A stretch of 64,000 nt of DNA from contig JBAXXQ010000001.1 of the NCBI GenBank assembly GCA_037127795.1, forward strand, positions 6,842 through 70,841. The letters run 5' to 3'. Position 1 is the stretch's first letter; each line of letters begins with the position of its first letter. Of this stretch, positions 9,273 through 18,859 are shown one piece after another. The DNA is from a bacterium. GTDB lineage: Bacteria; Patescibacteriota; Minisyncoccia; Phycocordibacterales; UBA9973. The notes beneath the pieces were generated by a model. The model made no database searches. It was given only the letters and a program-made list of their open reading frames with translations, and was not told the DNA's origin. The position numbers were made by a program, and so were the translations under genes.

Positions 9273-10475
9273 TTATTTGATAGAATCCATGATTGAGTAC
9301 ATAGGTGAAAGCATGGATACAGCAAAGAATCCAACAGCAGCTCCAATAAATATCATAAGTACTGGCTCTACGATTGTAGAGAGGTTGTTTGTTCTTGCTT
9401 GCACCTCTCCTTCATAAAAGAGTGCTACATCAAAAAGCATTGATTGTAATTTACCTGTCTCTTCTCCTACTGCGATCATCTCTCCCATCATTGGGGGGTA
9501 CAAATTTTCTTTTGCAATAAATACTTTTGCAATTGGCTCTCCTTTTTCAATAGCAATAGCGACCTCTGCAAGAGATGCTTTATAATAACTATTTTGCAAT
9601 ACATCACTAGTAATATCGATAGCGCGATTGATACTTACCCCAGAAGACAAAAGGAGTGATAATGTTCGCGCTGCACGAGCAGTATAGAGCTCACTTAACA
9701 TATCCTTGATAATAGGGGTACGGATTGCAAGCCAGTCAAAGATAATCTTTGTTCTAGGTAGTGTTGCAAGAACTTTTATTGCAAAAACAACTACTAAAAT
9801 AAATACAAATAATAATGCTGTGTGATTTGAAATAAAATCACTCATACCAATGATAAACTGTGTAGACATAGGCAATTTTGCACCAAGCTCCTTAAATGTT
9901 TTGACCAATGTAGGAACTACATACATAAACATCAATATCGCAATAAGTCCGATAGCAGACAATATAATAGCTGGATACATCAACGCACTTTTTACCTTAC
10001 GGTTTATTGCGTAAGTTTTTTCTAGGTTATCCCCCACTTCTTTGAGAGTAATAGGAAGACCTCCAGATTCTTCACCGGCACGCACCATAGCAACAAATAA
10101 TTTTGAAAATACTTTTGGATGCTTTTCCAAAGATTCCGAAAGAGTTCCTCCTTTGTCGATACCTTCTAATATAGAAGTAATAACACTTTTGAATGCCGGC
10201 GAGTGTGTTTGTTTGATAAGTACTTGCAATGCGCGAGAAAGAGAAAGTCCTGCGCCAAGCATCCCTGAAAGATTTTTTGTAAAAAGGATTTTTTCTGCCA
10301 AGGTGACATGTCCAGGTAATATATTTTGCAAAGAAAAACCAATTTTTTGATCTAGTGTATAGGGCACAATATGGTTTGCACGAAGTTCAGATATGGCAAC
10401 AGATCGAGAACTCGCCGCAATCACCCCTTCTATAGTTGCTCCCTCTTTTGTTTTTGCTTTGTATGAGAATTGCAC
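9273..10475 (-). CDS. pilC: Type IV pilus assembly platform protein PilC (GspF family)
   Basis: 400 aa with the duplicated GspF-domain architecture, three TM segments and the typical PilC N-terminus (QFSYKAKTKEG..EGVI). Confidence 0.85.
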   Translation of the reverse strand: MQFSYKAKTKEGATIEGVIAASSRSVAISELRANHIVPYTLDQKIGFSLQNILPGHVTLAEKILFTKNLSGMLGAGLSLSRALQVLIKQTHSPAFKSVITSILEGIDKGGTLSESLEKHPKVFSKLFVAMVRAGEESGGLPITLKEVGDNLEKTYAINRKVKSALMYPAIILSAIGLIAILMFMYVVPTLVKTFKELGAKLPMSTQFIIGMSDFISNHTALLFVFILVVVFAIKVLATLPRTKIIFDWLAIRTPIIKDMLSELYTARAARTLSLLLSSGVSINRAIDITSDVLQNSYYKASLAEVAIAIEKGEPIAKVFIAKENLYPPMMGEMIAVGEETGKLQSMLFDVALFYEGEVQARTNNLSTIVEPVLMIFIGAAVGFFAVSMLSPMYSIMDSIK

Positions 10476-10536
10476 ATATATATTGTATCATGTACGCCGT
10501 GCTTGCATAGAGCTATTTTGCCTGTACAATACCAAC

Positions 10537-11250
10537 ATGCATACATTATGGATTACATTTATATATCAACCAATTTATAACACGCTCGTTTTTCTTGCAC
10601 AGTATATTACTATGCACGACGTAGGTCTTGCGGTTATACTTTTGACTATTCTTATTCGTATTATTCTTTTACCATTGAGTAAAAAAATGGTTATTAGTCA
10701 ATACAAAATGCGCGCATTGCAACCAAAATTGCAAGCAATCAAAGAGCGCGGTCTTGATAAGCAAGCAGAGGCAAAAGAAACGATGGAATTATATAAAACG
10801 GAAAAAATGAATCCTTTTTCTGGGTGTCTATTCCTTCTTGTACAGCTCCCTATTTTATTTGGACTATACTATGTACTTCGCAGTGGTATAAACCAACCAG
10901 AGCATTTGTATTCTTTTTTAAGTACCAATAACCTCCATAATATGCTTTTTGGTATTCTTGATATAACCAAACCATTCCTTCCATTTGCTATTCTTGCTGG
11001 TCTTACTCAAGGTATTCAAGCATTTCTCGTACCACAGCAACAAACAAATAGTTCTGATGTAAGTTTCCAAGGTCAATTGGCAAAAAGTATGAGTATGCAG
11101 ACTCGCTACATACTCCCTCTTATTATTATCCTTATTGCAAGTAAGCTCGCTGCGGCAGTAGCAATATACTGGGTAGTAACAAATACATTCTCTATATTCC
11201 AAGAGCTTTATTTTAGAAAGAAATTTACTTCAAAAGTAGAAGTACTTTAA
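10537..11250 (+). CDS. yidC: Membrane protein insertase YidC/Oxa1 (short form)
   Basis: Contains LLPLSKKMVISQYKMRALQPKLQAIKERG and multiple TM helices. The start was set to ATG 10537 (MHTLW) because the track ORF start at 10393 overlaps pilC. Confidence 0.85.
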   Translation: MHTLWITFIYQPIYNTLVFLAQYITMHDVGLAVILLTILIRIILLPLSKKMVISQYKMRALQPKLQAIKERGLDKQAEAKETMELYKTEKMNPFSGCLFLLVQLPILFGLYYVLRSGINQPEHLYSFLSTNNLHNMLFGILDITKPFLPFAILAGLTQGIQAFLVPQQQTNSSDVSFQGQLAKSMSMQTRYILPLIIILIASKLAAAVAIYWVVTNTFSIFQELYFRKKFTSKVEVL

Positions 11251-11252
11251 TT

Positions 11253-12665
11253 CTATATATTCAACCTCCAAAGAGTGCTATCGTTTTTATTTATAAAATA
11301 AAGCTGATTATGCATTTCGTCATATTGCAAATTTGTCGCATCAAAATCTACCCCGCCATCATATAATATACTTAGCATATTAAGCCCAGGAGAAATACGA
11401 ATTATCTTATCACTAAAATGTGTTATACCTGCATACCACGTATCGGGATAATTTCCTGTTGGAGGATTTTGCATAGTTGCACATATAAGAGCATCTTGCG
11501 ATGTCCATACACATTTTTCAGGAAGAGTAGTAATAGCGAGCGTAGTAATAGTACCATCTGAAGTTTTATACAATTTTGTAGAAAAACTACCTTGTGTAGA
11601 CTCAGAATACAATATATAAGAACCACTAGGACTTAATGATGCAGTAAGACCGTTAATATTACCTAATATTTTTTTCAAACGAGCATCTGTTAATAGAATA
11701 CTATAGAAAAATCCTTCTACCGCCCCAGCAGCACGAGTTTGCACACTTACTGTATTTTGAGAATTCCAAGAAATAAGCCAATCATGAAATGGATTATTCA
11801 TTATTTCTTTTCTTCCTTTATTACTAGTATCAGAAATAGTAAGCGCGGTCCCACCTGTCGTATTGGGTGCAAGCTGTGCGAGATACCCTTGATCTGGACT
11901 TACTGCAAGACTTTTTATATTATCAGCCAAGAAAAATCCTGCGAGTTGTGTACGACTACCATCAAGATTTGGGTCTGGGATAGGCACACCAAATGTTGCC
12001 ACAGTTTTTTGATCATCTCGAAGAAATCGTAAAAACACCTTTTTACCTTGATCAGAAAAAAGTGCCTCATAAATATTTGGTATATAAATATTGGTTATTT
12101 GTGTTGCTACTCCGCCATTTGCAATTTCATATACATACCCACTCTTTCTATCTACATATCGAATATAGTTATTAGTAGAAAAATCACTTGTCGCAGGAGA
12201 AGTTGTTTGAGGTTGTGGCGTAGGTGTAACTGGTGCAGGATTTGCTATAGATGCTGGTTGCTGTACAACAACAGTCTTTGTTGTTTTTTTACCAGTTTTT
12301 TTATTAATAGTTACAATAGTTTTTGTAATAGGCTTTGTTGTAACACTTGATGGAGTACTTACCGCTGCTGTAGTAAGGATTTTTTGTTGATTCATCACAG
12401 TATACCCAGCAACCGGCACAGGTACTATTTGTTCTAGTTTTTGCACAACCTTTACTGCAGTGCTACTACCATCACTATTTGTAGCACCAGGCAATACAAT
12501 AGCCCCATCACTACCACTACCCCCTATATTTATTTTTCCAACCAAAGGAAACGATATCTGACTTACTACTTGAGGAATAGTCTGTCCTGTTTTATACACA
12601 CTAAAATACCACCAAATACCAAATGCAGTACCAAGCGCTATGAGTATAAAAAGTATTTTACGCAT
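11253..12665 (-). CDS. Secreted or membrane-anchored protein, possibly a beta-propeller, that ends the T4SS-like block
   Basis: 470 aa with an N-terminal signal anchor, a Thr/Pro-rich linker (PVTPTPQPQTTSPATS) and a C-terminal domain with repeated beta-strand-like segments. Confidence 0.45.
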   Translation of the reverse strand: MRKILFILIALGTAFGIWWYFSVYKTGQTIPQVVSQISFPLVGKINIGGSGSDGAIVLPGATNSDGSSTAVKVVQKLEQIVPVPVAGYTVMNQQKILTTAAVSTPSSVTTKPITKTIVTINKKTGKKTTKTVVVQQPASIANPAPVTPTPQPQTTSPATSDFSTNNYIRYVDRKSGYVYEIANGGVATQITNIYIPNIYEALFSDQGKKVFLRFLRDDQKTVATFGVPIPDPNLDGSRTQLAGFFLADNIKSLAVSPDQGYLAQLAPNTTGGTALTISDTSNKGRKEIMNNPFHDWLISWNSQNTVSVQTRAAGAVEGFFYSILLTDARLKKILGNINGLTASLSPSGSYILYSESTQGSFSTKLYKTSDGTITTLAITTLPEKCVWTSQDALICATMQNPPTGNYPDTWYAGITHFSDKIIRISPGLNMLSILYDGGVDFDATNLQYDEMHNQLYFINKNDSTLWRLNI

Positions 12666-12684
12666 GAGAATAGTATACTACAAA

Positions 12685-14445
12685 CTAACTTCCAATTCTT
12701 TTAATATAAGTAATCTTATCTTTATAAGACTCTACTGTTCGGGTACCAAAACCACCAGCAACAGGATGCCCGCCTCCACCATGAGATTCTGCCAGTTGCC
12801 CATTTCCTATATATATAAGCACATGTCCAAAACCCTTACCTACAGCTTTCCAGCCAACAATATCACCAGGATTAAGTGTTTTACCATTTATTGCTGTATT
12901 TGTTATTCTTGAAGAATATGTTGTTTCTCCCCCATTAAAAATAGAATCTGTTCCTCCGTTAATAAAATCTGTTCCAGCTTTATATCCAGCACAATCCAAA
13001 ACAGTAGTAACAAAACCTGAACAATCTAAGTGGGAAGTTCCGTCAGATTGTACTGATGGATCCTTACCTTTACATATACTATTACCACTACCACAAGAAT
13101 TACTTAAATCAATATCATATGTTATTTTTCCTTGCCAACTCATAGCTATTTTATTTATATTGGAAGATTTACCTGATTTAAGACAAAACACACCGTTTGG
13201 TAGAGACCCAGAGGCTGTAAACTTTGTAGGTGCATTAGTATCACTATCCTGCTTAGTTATAAGTAATTGATCAATTCCTATAGTATTAGAAACCAGTGTT
13301 GGGTTTATAGTATTCAAAACAACGTACGCACTAAGTGCTATAAGAAGTCCTATACCCTTGTCCATCAAGGTACCCTTTACAGAAGCCTTAACTCCAGCAA
13401 CATCAGTAAGCATATACTTGAATCCATCAGACATTATACTTATCACCAAAATAACAACAGCAATACCAATAGCGTATTTAATAATAGTATTTAATAAATC
13501 ACTAAAACTACATATAGCATTAGCGTTTATTTTTTTTGCCAATGTACAAGACAAAGACCCAGGATCGGCAACAATAATAGTAGGGGTAAGGTCGTTTATA
13601 CTGGTACCTTTTACAGAAGAAAGAAGACCATACGCATTTTCCTCAAGATCCTTTGCTTGTGCTTTAATATTATTTCCAAAAACAGAGTTTGCCTGGGTTA
13701 TATTTTTAGGATCATCATATACCCATGGTCCATTATTTAATTTATATGCTTGTCGAAGGTAATATATAGAACCCGGGTTTGCAAATATACCAGGAAGAAT
13801 ACAAGAAAAACTTCCATCGCTATGTAAACAATTTGTTGCAGGAAATATAGGAACAGCCCCTTTATATGCTGCATCATACTGAGTTTTATCTGTTGTTGCT
13901 TGTATTGCAAATTCATATCCAGTTATTCCGTTTGGCAAATTAAGCCCTCCTGTCGCTAATGCGTTTCCATTCGCATCAGCAACGCCTATAGTAAGACTAC
14001 GAAACTCTACGGGTATCAAGGAATCATATTTAATATTTTGTAAAAAAGGTTTGCCTGCATTTTGCAAATCAATACTGGTTAAATCTGGAAACTTATAGAC
14101 ATATAAATAAACAAGAGGCGACGATCCGATCTTTGTATCCAAAACTACATCAAAATCTGTTTTAGGCAAAGGGTTTGATATTTTATATAAAGCATTATTT
14201 CCATAAGTAATATCACTTACACTAAATTGAGATAATAATTTAGTTGTAAATATAACTCTATATGCAGCATTAGGGTTTGTAGAAGTAGGAAGTGGTCCCT
14301 GTGAAAGATCAGGGCACCCTTTGACAGAAATAGTGGTTCTATCTGTTTGAGCAATAGGTACTGCCGTTAAAGAACAATTTGCAAATGCATTACTACCTAA
14401 AAAAAGTGTTGTAAGAAATATAAACGTGTAAAAATATTTTTTCAT
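12685..14445 (-). CDS. NlpC/P60-family peptidoglycan hydrolase with an N-terminal ectodomain and a TM hairpin. It is a candidate VirB1-like cell-wall hydrolase for the T4SS-like locus.
   Basis: The C-terminus has the catalytic Cys motif LDCSGFVTTVL and the His motif GHVLIYIGNG...H, both typical of NlpC/P60. Upstream of the domain lie a signal peptide and two hydrophobic helices (IGIAVVILVISIM, GIGLLIALSAYVVL). Confidence 0.7.
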   Translation of the reverse strand: MKKYFYTFIFLTTLFLGSNAFANCSLTAVPIAQTDRTTISVKGCPDLSQGPLPTSTNPNAAYRVIFTTKLLSQFSVSDITYGNNALYKISNPLPKTDFDVVLDTKIGSSPLVYLYVYKFPDLTSIDLQNAGKPFLQNIKYDSLIPVEFRSLTIGVADANGNALATGGLNLPNGITGYEFAIQATTDKTQYDAAYKGAVPIFPATNCLHSDGSFSCILPGIFANPGSIYYLRQAYKLNNGPWVYDDPKNITQANSVFGNNIKAQAKDLEENAYGLLSSVKGTSINDLTPTIIVADPGSLSCTLAKKINANAICSFSDLLNTIIKYAIGIAVVILVISIMSDGFKYMLTDVAGVKASVKGTLMDKGIGLLIALSAYVVLNTINPTLVSNTIGIDQLLITKQDSDTNAPTKFTASGSLPNGVFCLKSGKSSNINKIAMSWQGKITYDIDLSNSCGSGNSICKGKDPSVQSDGTSHLDCSGFVTTVLDCAGYKAGTDFINGGTDSIFNGGETTYSSRITNTAINGKTLNPGDIVGWKAVGKGFGHVLIYIGNGQLAESHGGGGHPVAGGFGTRTVESYKDKITYIKRIGS

Positions 14446-14448
14446 ATA

Positions 14449-15147
14449 TTAAAAATTAATCTGCGTATTTAATGTTGCCGACTGCCAATCACTATGTGTT
14501 GATTGCATACTACTTGAAAGCTGTACAGAACCACTATCAGAAGGTTTCAAGATAGGTATTTCAAAATTATTGATAGCTGTTGGAGTTTGGTCGCCAAGCT
14601 GAAATGCAATAGCGAGATCTGATAATACATTTTTTGGTATTGAGAAAAAGTACGGCTCAACACGAAGTGTGGTACCTGCATATTTCAAATCAAATGAATC
14701 TGTATAGCCATTATTATAATCAACAAACCCGTCTCGTTTTTCATATGCAACAAGCGCAGGGGTTATTGGTGTAATATCTGCAGTAGCTGAAGCATCAGAA
14801 ATATTGCCTCCAGTGTGTAATGTGACCGCAAGTGACTCTGTATTATTAAGAATATTATGAGTAAATGTCATACTATTTTTATTTACTCCAGAAAAACTAC
14901 TTAATGATGCCCCATTACGAGACCAAGTAAATGTTGTAGTTTTTGGTGTAAAAATACTTGATATAACAACCGCCCTAATCCCCCCTTCATTACTAGGAAG
15001 CGCTTTTCCTTTATAAAAAGGTGGTGCATATGAATCTGTAGATTCCCACAAAATATCTACTCGTGAGTCAGTGGTCGCATCTTGCGCATAACTTACAAAA
15101 GGAGACAGTATGAGAAGAAAAAATACAAGTATAGAAACTTTTTTCAT
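14449..15147 (-). CDS. Secreted hypothetical protein in the T4SS-like operon
   Basis: The internal start MKKVSILVFFLLILSPFVSYAQD gives a signal peptide. The start was reset to 15147, since the track ORF start at 15246 overlaps the VirB4 gene. Confidence 0.5.
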   Translation of the reverse strand: MKKVSILVFFLLILSPFVSYAQDATTDSRVDILWESTDSYAPPFYKGKALPSNEGGIRAVVISSIFTPKTTTFTWSRNGASLSSFSGVNKNSMTFTHNILNNTESLAVTLHTGGNISDASATADITPITPALVAYEKRDGFVDYNNGYTDSFDLKYAGTTLRVEPYFFSIPKNVLSDLAIAFQLGDQTPTAINNFEIPILKPSDSGSVQLSSSMQSTHSDWQSATLNTQINF

Positions 15148-15196
15148 ATCATCAGTATACCATATACAAATACCAAGGCGATATCTAGCCTTGGTA

Positions 15197-17011
15197 TTAT
15201 ATCTTTCTTTGCTCTCTAAATTCTGCTTTTGCTTTTTTGATTGCAAGTACTTGTGATGGATCTGAAGTAATAATCTGGTCTTCGGTATATGAAGAAATGA
15301 TTTTTATTGCCACATGTTTCAACCCTGCAAAGAATATCCCCTCCCCAACACCTGATTCAAGCAACAAATATCGCTCTTCATCAGTCAAATTAAAGGTTTT
15401 TTGCAATACATCCATAGAGCTTGGAGATTGTTTGAGCAAAAGCTGAATCGATGAGTTGGTCACAATCGGTACCCCGTATGGTGATTTCATAAAGTCTCCT
15501 ACGTCTTGGGTAATAGTACAAAGTCCAAGATAGTATTTTCTTCCTCGCTTTGCAATACTGTACAAGAATGATGCAGTATCATCACTTTTCATCATCCACC
15601 ATGCCTCATCCACAATAAGGAGTCTTTTTTTGATTTGGCGACGTACCGCATTCCAAATAAAGTGCGTTACGATATACATAGCGGCCGGCTTGAGATCATC
15701 TTCCATATCTCGTACAGAAAATACAATAAACTTTTTATTTATATCTACATTTGAAGGTTGGTTGATGAAGTTTGACCATGATCCTTTAGTATACTTGGTC
15801 AATCGAGTAAGAATAGACTCACTCCCCTCCATACCAGAAAGTACCATTTCAAAATCAGAAAGCAACGGTGGCTCAACACTCGCAAAATCTGAATTAGGGG
15901 TAATATCTTTCAATGCATATGTTTCTGTAATAGCACGGTCTACAATAGAATCCTCTTCTGGAGTAAGCCCTCCAAGCATAATACGAAACAACCCAACCAG
16001 GTTGATAATATTTGAACGCAATACGTCTTCTGGAGATTCATCTTCACGAGGGACAGGGAGGTCAAATGGATTGATATGATGATCTGAAGAAAGAGAGATA
16101 TTGAAATATCTTCCTCCTACTGCTTCTGCAAGATATTCATACTCTCGCTCTGGGTCAATAACAATAACCTCTGTTTCAAACATGAGCGTGCGAATAATTT
16201 CAAGCTTTGTTGCATATGATTTACCAGATCCAGATTTTGCAAAAATAATTGAGTTATAGTTTTCAAGAGAAAATCTATCAAAAATAACCAAACTAGAGTT
16301 GTGACGATTTACTCCATACAAAATCCCTTTATCATCAGTAAGATCAAAAGATACAAATGGAAAAATACTTGAAAGTGGTTCTGAGTTGAGCTTTTGGGTG
16401 ACATTGAGTGCGTCTTTTGCAAATGGCGATACAGTACGGAAACCGTCTTCTTGTTGAAAAAGTGCTGGTTTTATATAGATCATGCGAGATTCAAGGATAG
16501 ACTTGATCTCATTTTCAGATCTAAAAAGCTCTGTATCATTATCTGCATATACAGTAATGTATAAACCTACATCAAACATCTTTTCCTGTGCTTGGGTAAG
16601 GTTGTCGCGAAGTTCTTCGAGATCTTCTGCGGCAGTATCAAGTACTGGATCACGTACAAGACCTTTGTTCTGACGCTCCATAATCTGACTTTCTACTTCA
16701 GCAATTTTTTTCTGAAAGTGTTTCAAAAGTTCAGTGGTTGGAATCGGGTTTATATAAATAGCAACATCAAAAATTTTGTCGAGGTTGATAATAGGAGTAA
16801 ACCAATTATCAGAGAGATATCGAGGATATGAGAGGACAAAAAACGTACGTGCAATTTTATCCCCCAAGTGTATCCACTTTGGAGTAATCTCAAGTGCTTC
16901 AGGAGCAATAAGATCTTGCAGCTCAAGAGTTGCAGAAGAGTATAAATCGGTCGGCAAAATAGGTAATTGTTTACCTGTTGTTTGTTTTTGTTCACCACCA
17001 AAAATTCCCAT
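15197..17011 (-). CDS. VirB4/TraC/CagE-family conjugal-transfer-type ATPase, ATPase-domain half
   Basis: 604 aa with Walker A FAKSGSGKSYATK, Walker B RLLIVDEAWWMM and VirB4-family similarity throughout. Confidence 0.8.
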   Translation of the reverse strand: MGIFGGEQKQTTGKQLPILPTDLYSSATLELQDLIAPEALEITPKWIHLGDKIARTFFVLSYPRYLSDNWFTPIINLDKIFDVAIYINPIPTTELLKHFQKKIAEVESQIMERQNKGLVRDPVLDTAAEDLEELRDNLTQAQEKMFDVGLYITVYADNDTELFRSENEIKSILESRMIYIKPALFQQEDGFRTVSPFAKDALNVTQKLNSEPLSSIFPFVSFDLTDDKGILYGVNRHNSSLVIFDRFSLENYNSIIFAKSGSGKSYATKLEIIRTLMFETEVIVIDPEREYEYLAEAVGGRYFNISLSSDHHINPFDLPVPREDESPEDVLRSNIINLVGLFRIMLGGLTPEEDSIVDRAITETYALKDITPNSDFASVEPPLLSDFEMVLSGMEGSESILTRLTKYTKGSWSNFINQPSNVDINKKFIVFSVRDMEDDLKPAAMYIVTHFIWNAVRRQIKKRLLIVDEAWWMMKSDDTASFLYSIAKRGRKYYLGLCTITQDVGDFMKSPYGVPIVTNSSIQLLLKQSPSSMDVLQKTFNLTDEERYLLLESGVGEGIFFAGLKHVAIKIISSYTEDQIITSDPSQVLAIKKAKAEFREQRKI

Positions 17012-17047
17012 GATATAAGTATAGCATATGAATATGACGAGATGATA

Positions 17048-17692
17048 TTATTGTGTCGGCATTTTTACATTACTACTTCCTTCTCCTGGATTAAATGTTT
17101 TATACAAAAGTTCTATAAGTTCTTCTGTACCAAGACTTGCAGTACGGACTCCGAGTCTTCCTAAGCCTTGCTCTACAACAGAAACGCGTTGCTCGAGCTG
17201 TGTGCGTTGTTCTTCAAAATCTTTGAGCATTTGTGTTTGTGTATTATTACTACCAAACAATCCAGTAATTTTCCCCATGAAACCACTATTAGTACTGGCA
17301 AGTGGTGGAACATACGGTACCACTACATAAAATGATTTGCGCATAATATTCACATTTTCATTAAAAGAACGAATAAATTCAATATACTCACGTGTTTGTG
17401 TTTGCAAAAGTGGTTCTTCCTGTTCTTTGAGTCTTGCATCAAGTAATAACAGATATGGGCGTATGTCGTATCGACGAGATTGGATCAAAATTTGTATTGG
17501 AAAATCAAGTCCATTGAGGAACCCTTGAAATTGCATCAGTACAGACTTTTGCTCTTCATACGATTTGAGGCTGAGGTTGATAGAAGAAACAAGCACTGCT
17601 TTACAGAGCGAGTCGTCTTTGAGCACAATAACACCGTCTCGAACTTCTTTGACGGGTACAAACTCTTGAGTTGGTGATGATTTTACTGCCAT
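17048..17692 (-). CDS. VirB4 N-terminal domain encoded as a separate ORF
   Basis: 214 aa with FVPVKEVRDGVIVLKDDSLCKAVLVSSINLSLKSYEEQKSVLMQFQGFLNGLDFPIQILIQSRRYD, which resembles the N-terminal region of Gram-positive VirB4 (TraE/Orf16-type). It is in the same frame as 15197-17011 and separated from it by a single TAA plus 12 codons. Confidence 0.6.
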   Translation of the reverse strand: MAVKSSPTQEFVPVKEVRDGVIVLKDDSLCKAVLVSSINLSLKSYEEQKSVLMQFQGFLNGLDFPIQILIQSRRYDIRPYLLLLDARLKEQEEPLLQTQTREYIEFIRSFNENVNIMRKSFYVVVPYVPPLASTNSGFMGKITGLFGSNNTQTQMLKDFEEQRTQLEQRVSVVEQGLGRLGVRTASLGTEELIELLYKTFNPGEGSSNVKMPTQ

Positions 17693-17693
17693 A

Positions 17694-18266
17694 TTATTTT
17701 CTCGTATCTATTATATCAAGACTTCGTGATAATGTTTTGAGTTTATCCTCTGTAAGTGATGGACGAAGTACTCGATCAGTCTTGGGTGCAAGCGCACGAT
17801 CAGTTCTCGTATCCACAGGAGCTTGCTGTTGTGCACCTTGCTGCGCAAATCGATTAACATTTTGTTTTTGGTGTAAATACATATTTTGATTTACCATTGC
17901 CATATCTCCCTGTACTGGCGTATTGTCGCGAGCTGTATCTATCCCCCACGATTCAGGAGTTTGTGCTATTGCGGCTTTCTTTTTTTGCCAAATATATAAT
18001 CGTGATCGAAAATAATATTTTACAAATGATTCTACAAAGTTTATAAATGGCTTGTCGTTATATTTATAAAACGCAAGCGCCGCACCAAACCCTCCAAACG
18101 CTAAACCAAATACTGCAGAAAAAGGAAATGGTAATAATTTAAAACAAAGATATAATCCTCCTGTCCCACCAGCAAGATACGCAAACTGTTTAAAAGTAAA
18201 CGGTCCAAAAATTTTATCTTCAATGTCAATAAATTGTGGGACTTTGAATTGCATATATACAATCAT
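17694..18266 (-). CDS. PrgI-family (VirB3-like) small membrane protein
   Basis: The N-terminus FKVPQFIDIEDKIFGPFTFKQFAYLAGG followed by two TM helices matches the PrgI/VirB3-analog pattern (KVP..I...EDKI.G.T.RQ..YL). It sits immediately upstream of VirB4, the canonical gene order. Confidence 0.55.
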   Translation of the reverse strand: MIVYMQFKVPQFIDIEDKIFGPFTFKQFAYLAGGTGGLYLCFKLLPFPFSAVFGLAFGGFGAALAFYKYNDKPFINFVESFVKYYFRSRLYIWQKKKAAIAQTPESWGIDTARDNTPVQGDMAMVNQNMYLHQKQNVNRFAQQGAQQQAPVDTRTDRALAPKTDRVLRPSLTEDKLKTLSRSLDIIDTRK

Positions 18267-18292
18267 ACCGCACTTATATAGTAATGACTATA

Positions 18293-18856
18293 CTACAAAG
18301 GCATTTCGCGGTATGGATCTGTTGATTTTGTTGGCGCACCAGGATTTTGCATTGGTTTATTTTGAGATCCAGGGATAAACTTTTGTGCAACAGAGGCAAT
18401 AGGAGCAACAACACTTGGTTTTTGCATTTTTGCCTGAATAGAAGCAAACAATTGCCCCATCTCTTGATTTTCAGGAGAAGATACTGTTTCAATATTATTA
18501 ACACCTATTTCATCTTTTTCTTCCTCCAGACTATTGGTAATCTCTGAAATAGTTGGATCTATTATGAATTCCTGTATATACCCAAGAAATATATCTTTAT
18601 TTTCTTCAGATAACCCCAGAGAATCAATAGTATTTTCAAATTCTTCTTTTGTAGAAAAATGAATAAGAAAATCAAATAATGCATTACGCGCAGTAGTAAC
18701 TTGTTCACTAGTAAATCCTATTTTCTTTTCGATAGTATCAAGTATATTTTTGTATGCATCGCTAAACAAAAACTCGCGAACCTCTACAGGAGTCATATCG
18801 AGTTTTTCCTCGTATAGATTCATATATTCTTCATTTGGATTATATTCGGTATCCAT
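18293..18856 (-). CDS. Acidic soluble hypothetical protein in the T4SS-like operon
   Basis: 187 aa with no TM segment and no recognisable motif. Confidence 0.4.
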   Translation of the reverse strand: MDTEYNPNEEYMNLYEEKLDMTPVEVREFLFSDAYKNILDTIEKKIGFTSEQVTTARNALFDFLIHFSTKEEFENTIDSLGLSEENKDIFLGYIQEFIIDPTISEITNSLEEEKDEIGVNNIETVSSPENQEMGQLFASIQAKMQKPSVVAPIASVAQKFIPGSQNKPMQNPGAPTKSTDPYREMPL

Positions 18857-18859
18857 ATA

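Noticed and set aside
15197-17692. Alternative-code readthrough (UGA=Gly, code 25) as the explanation for the split VirB4
   Set aside because: The interrupting stop is TAA, not TGA, and all other genes read cleanly in the standard code.
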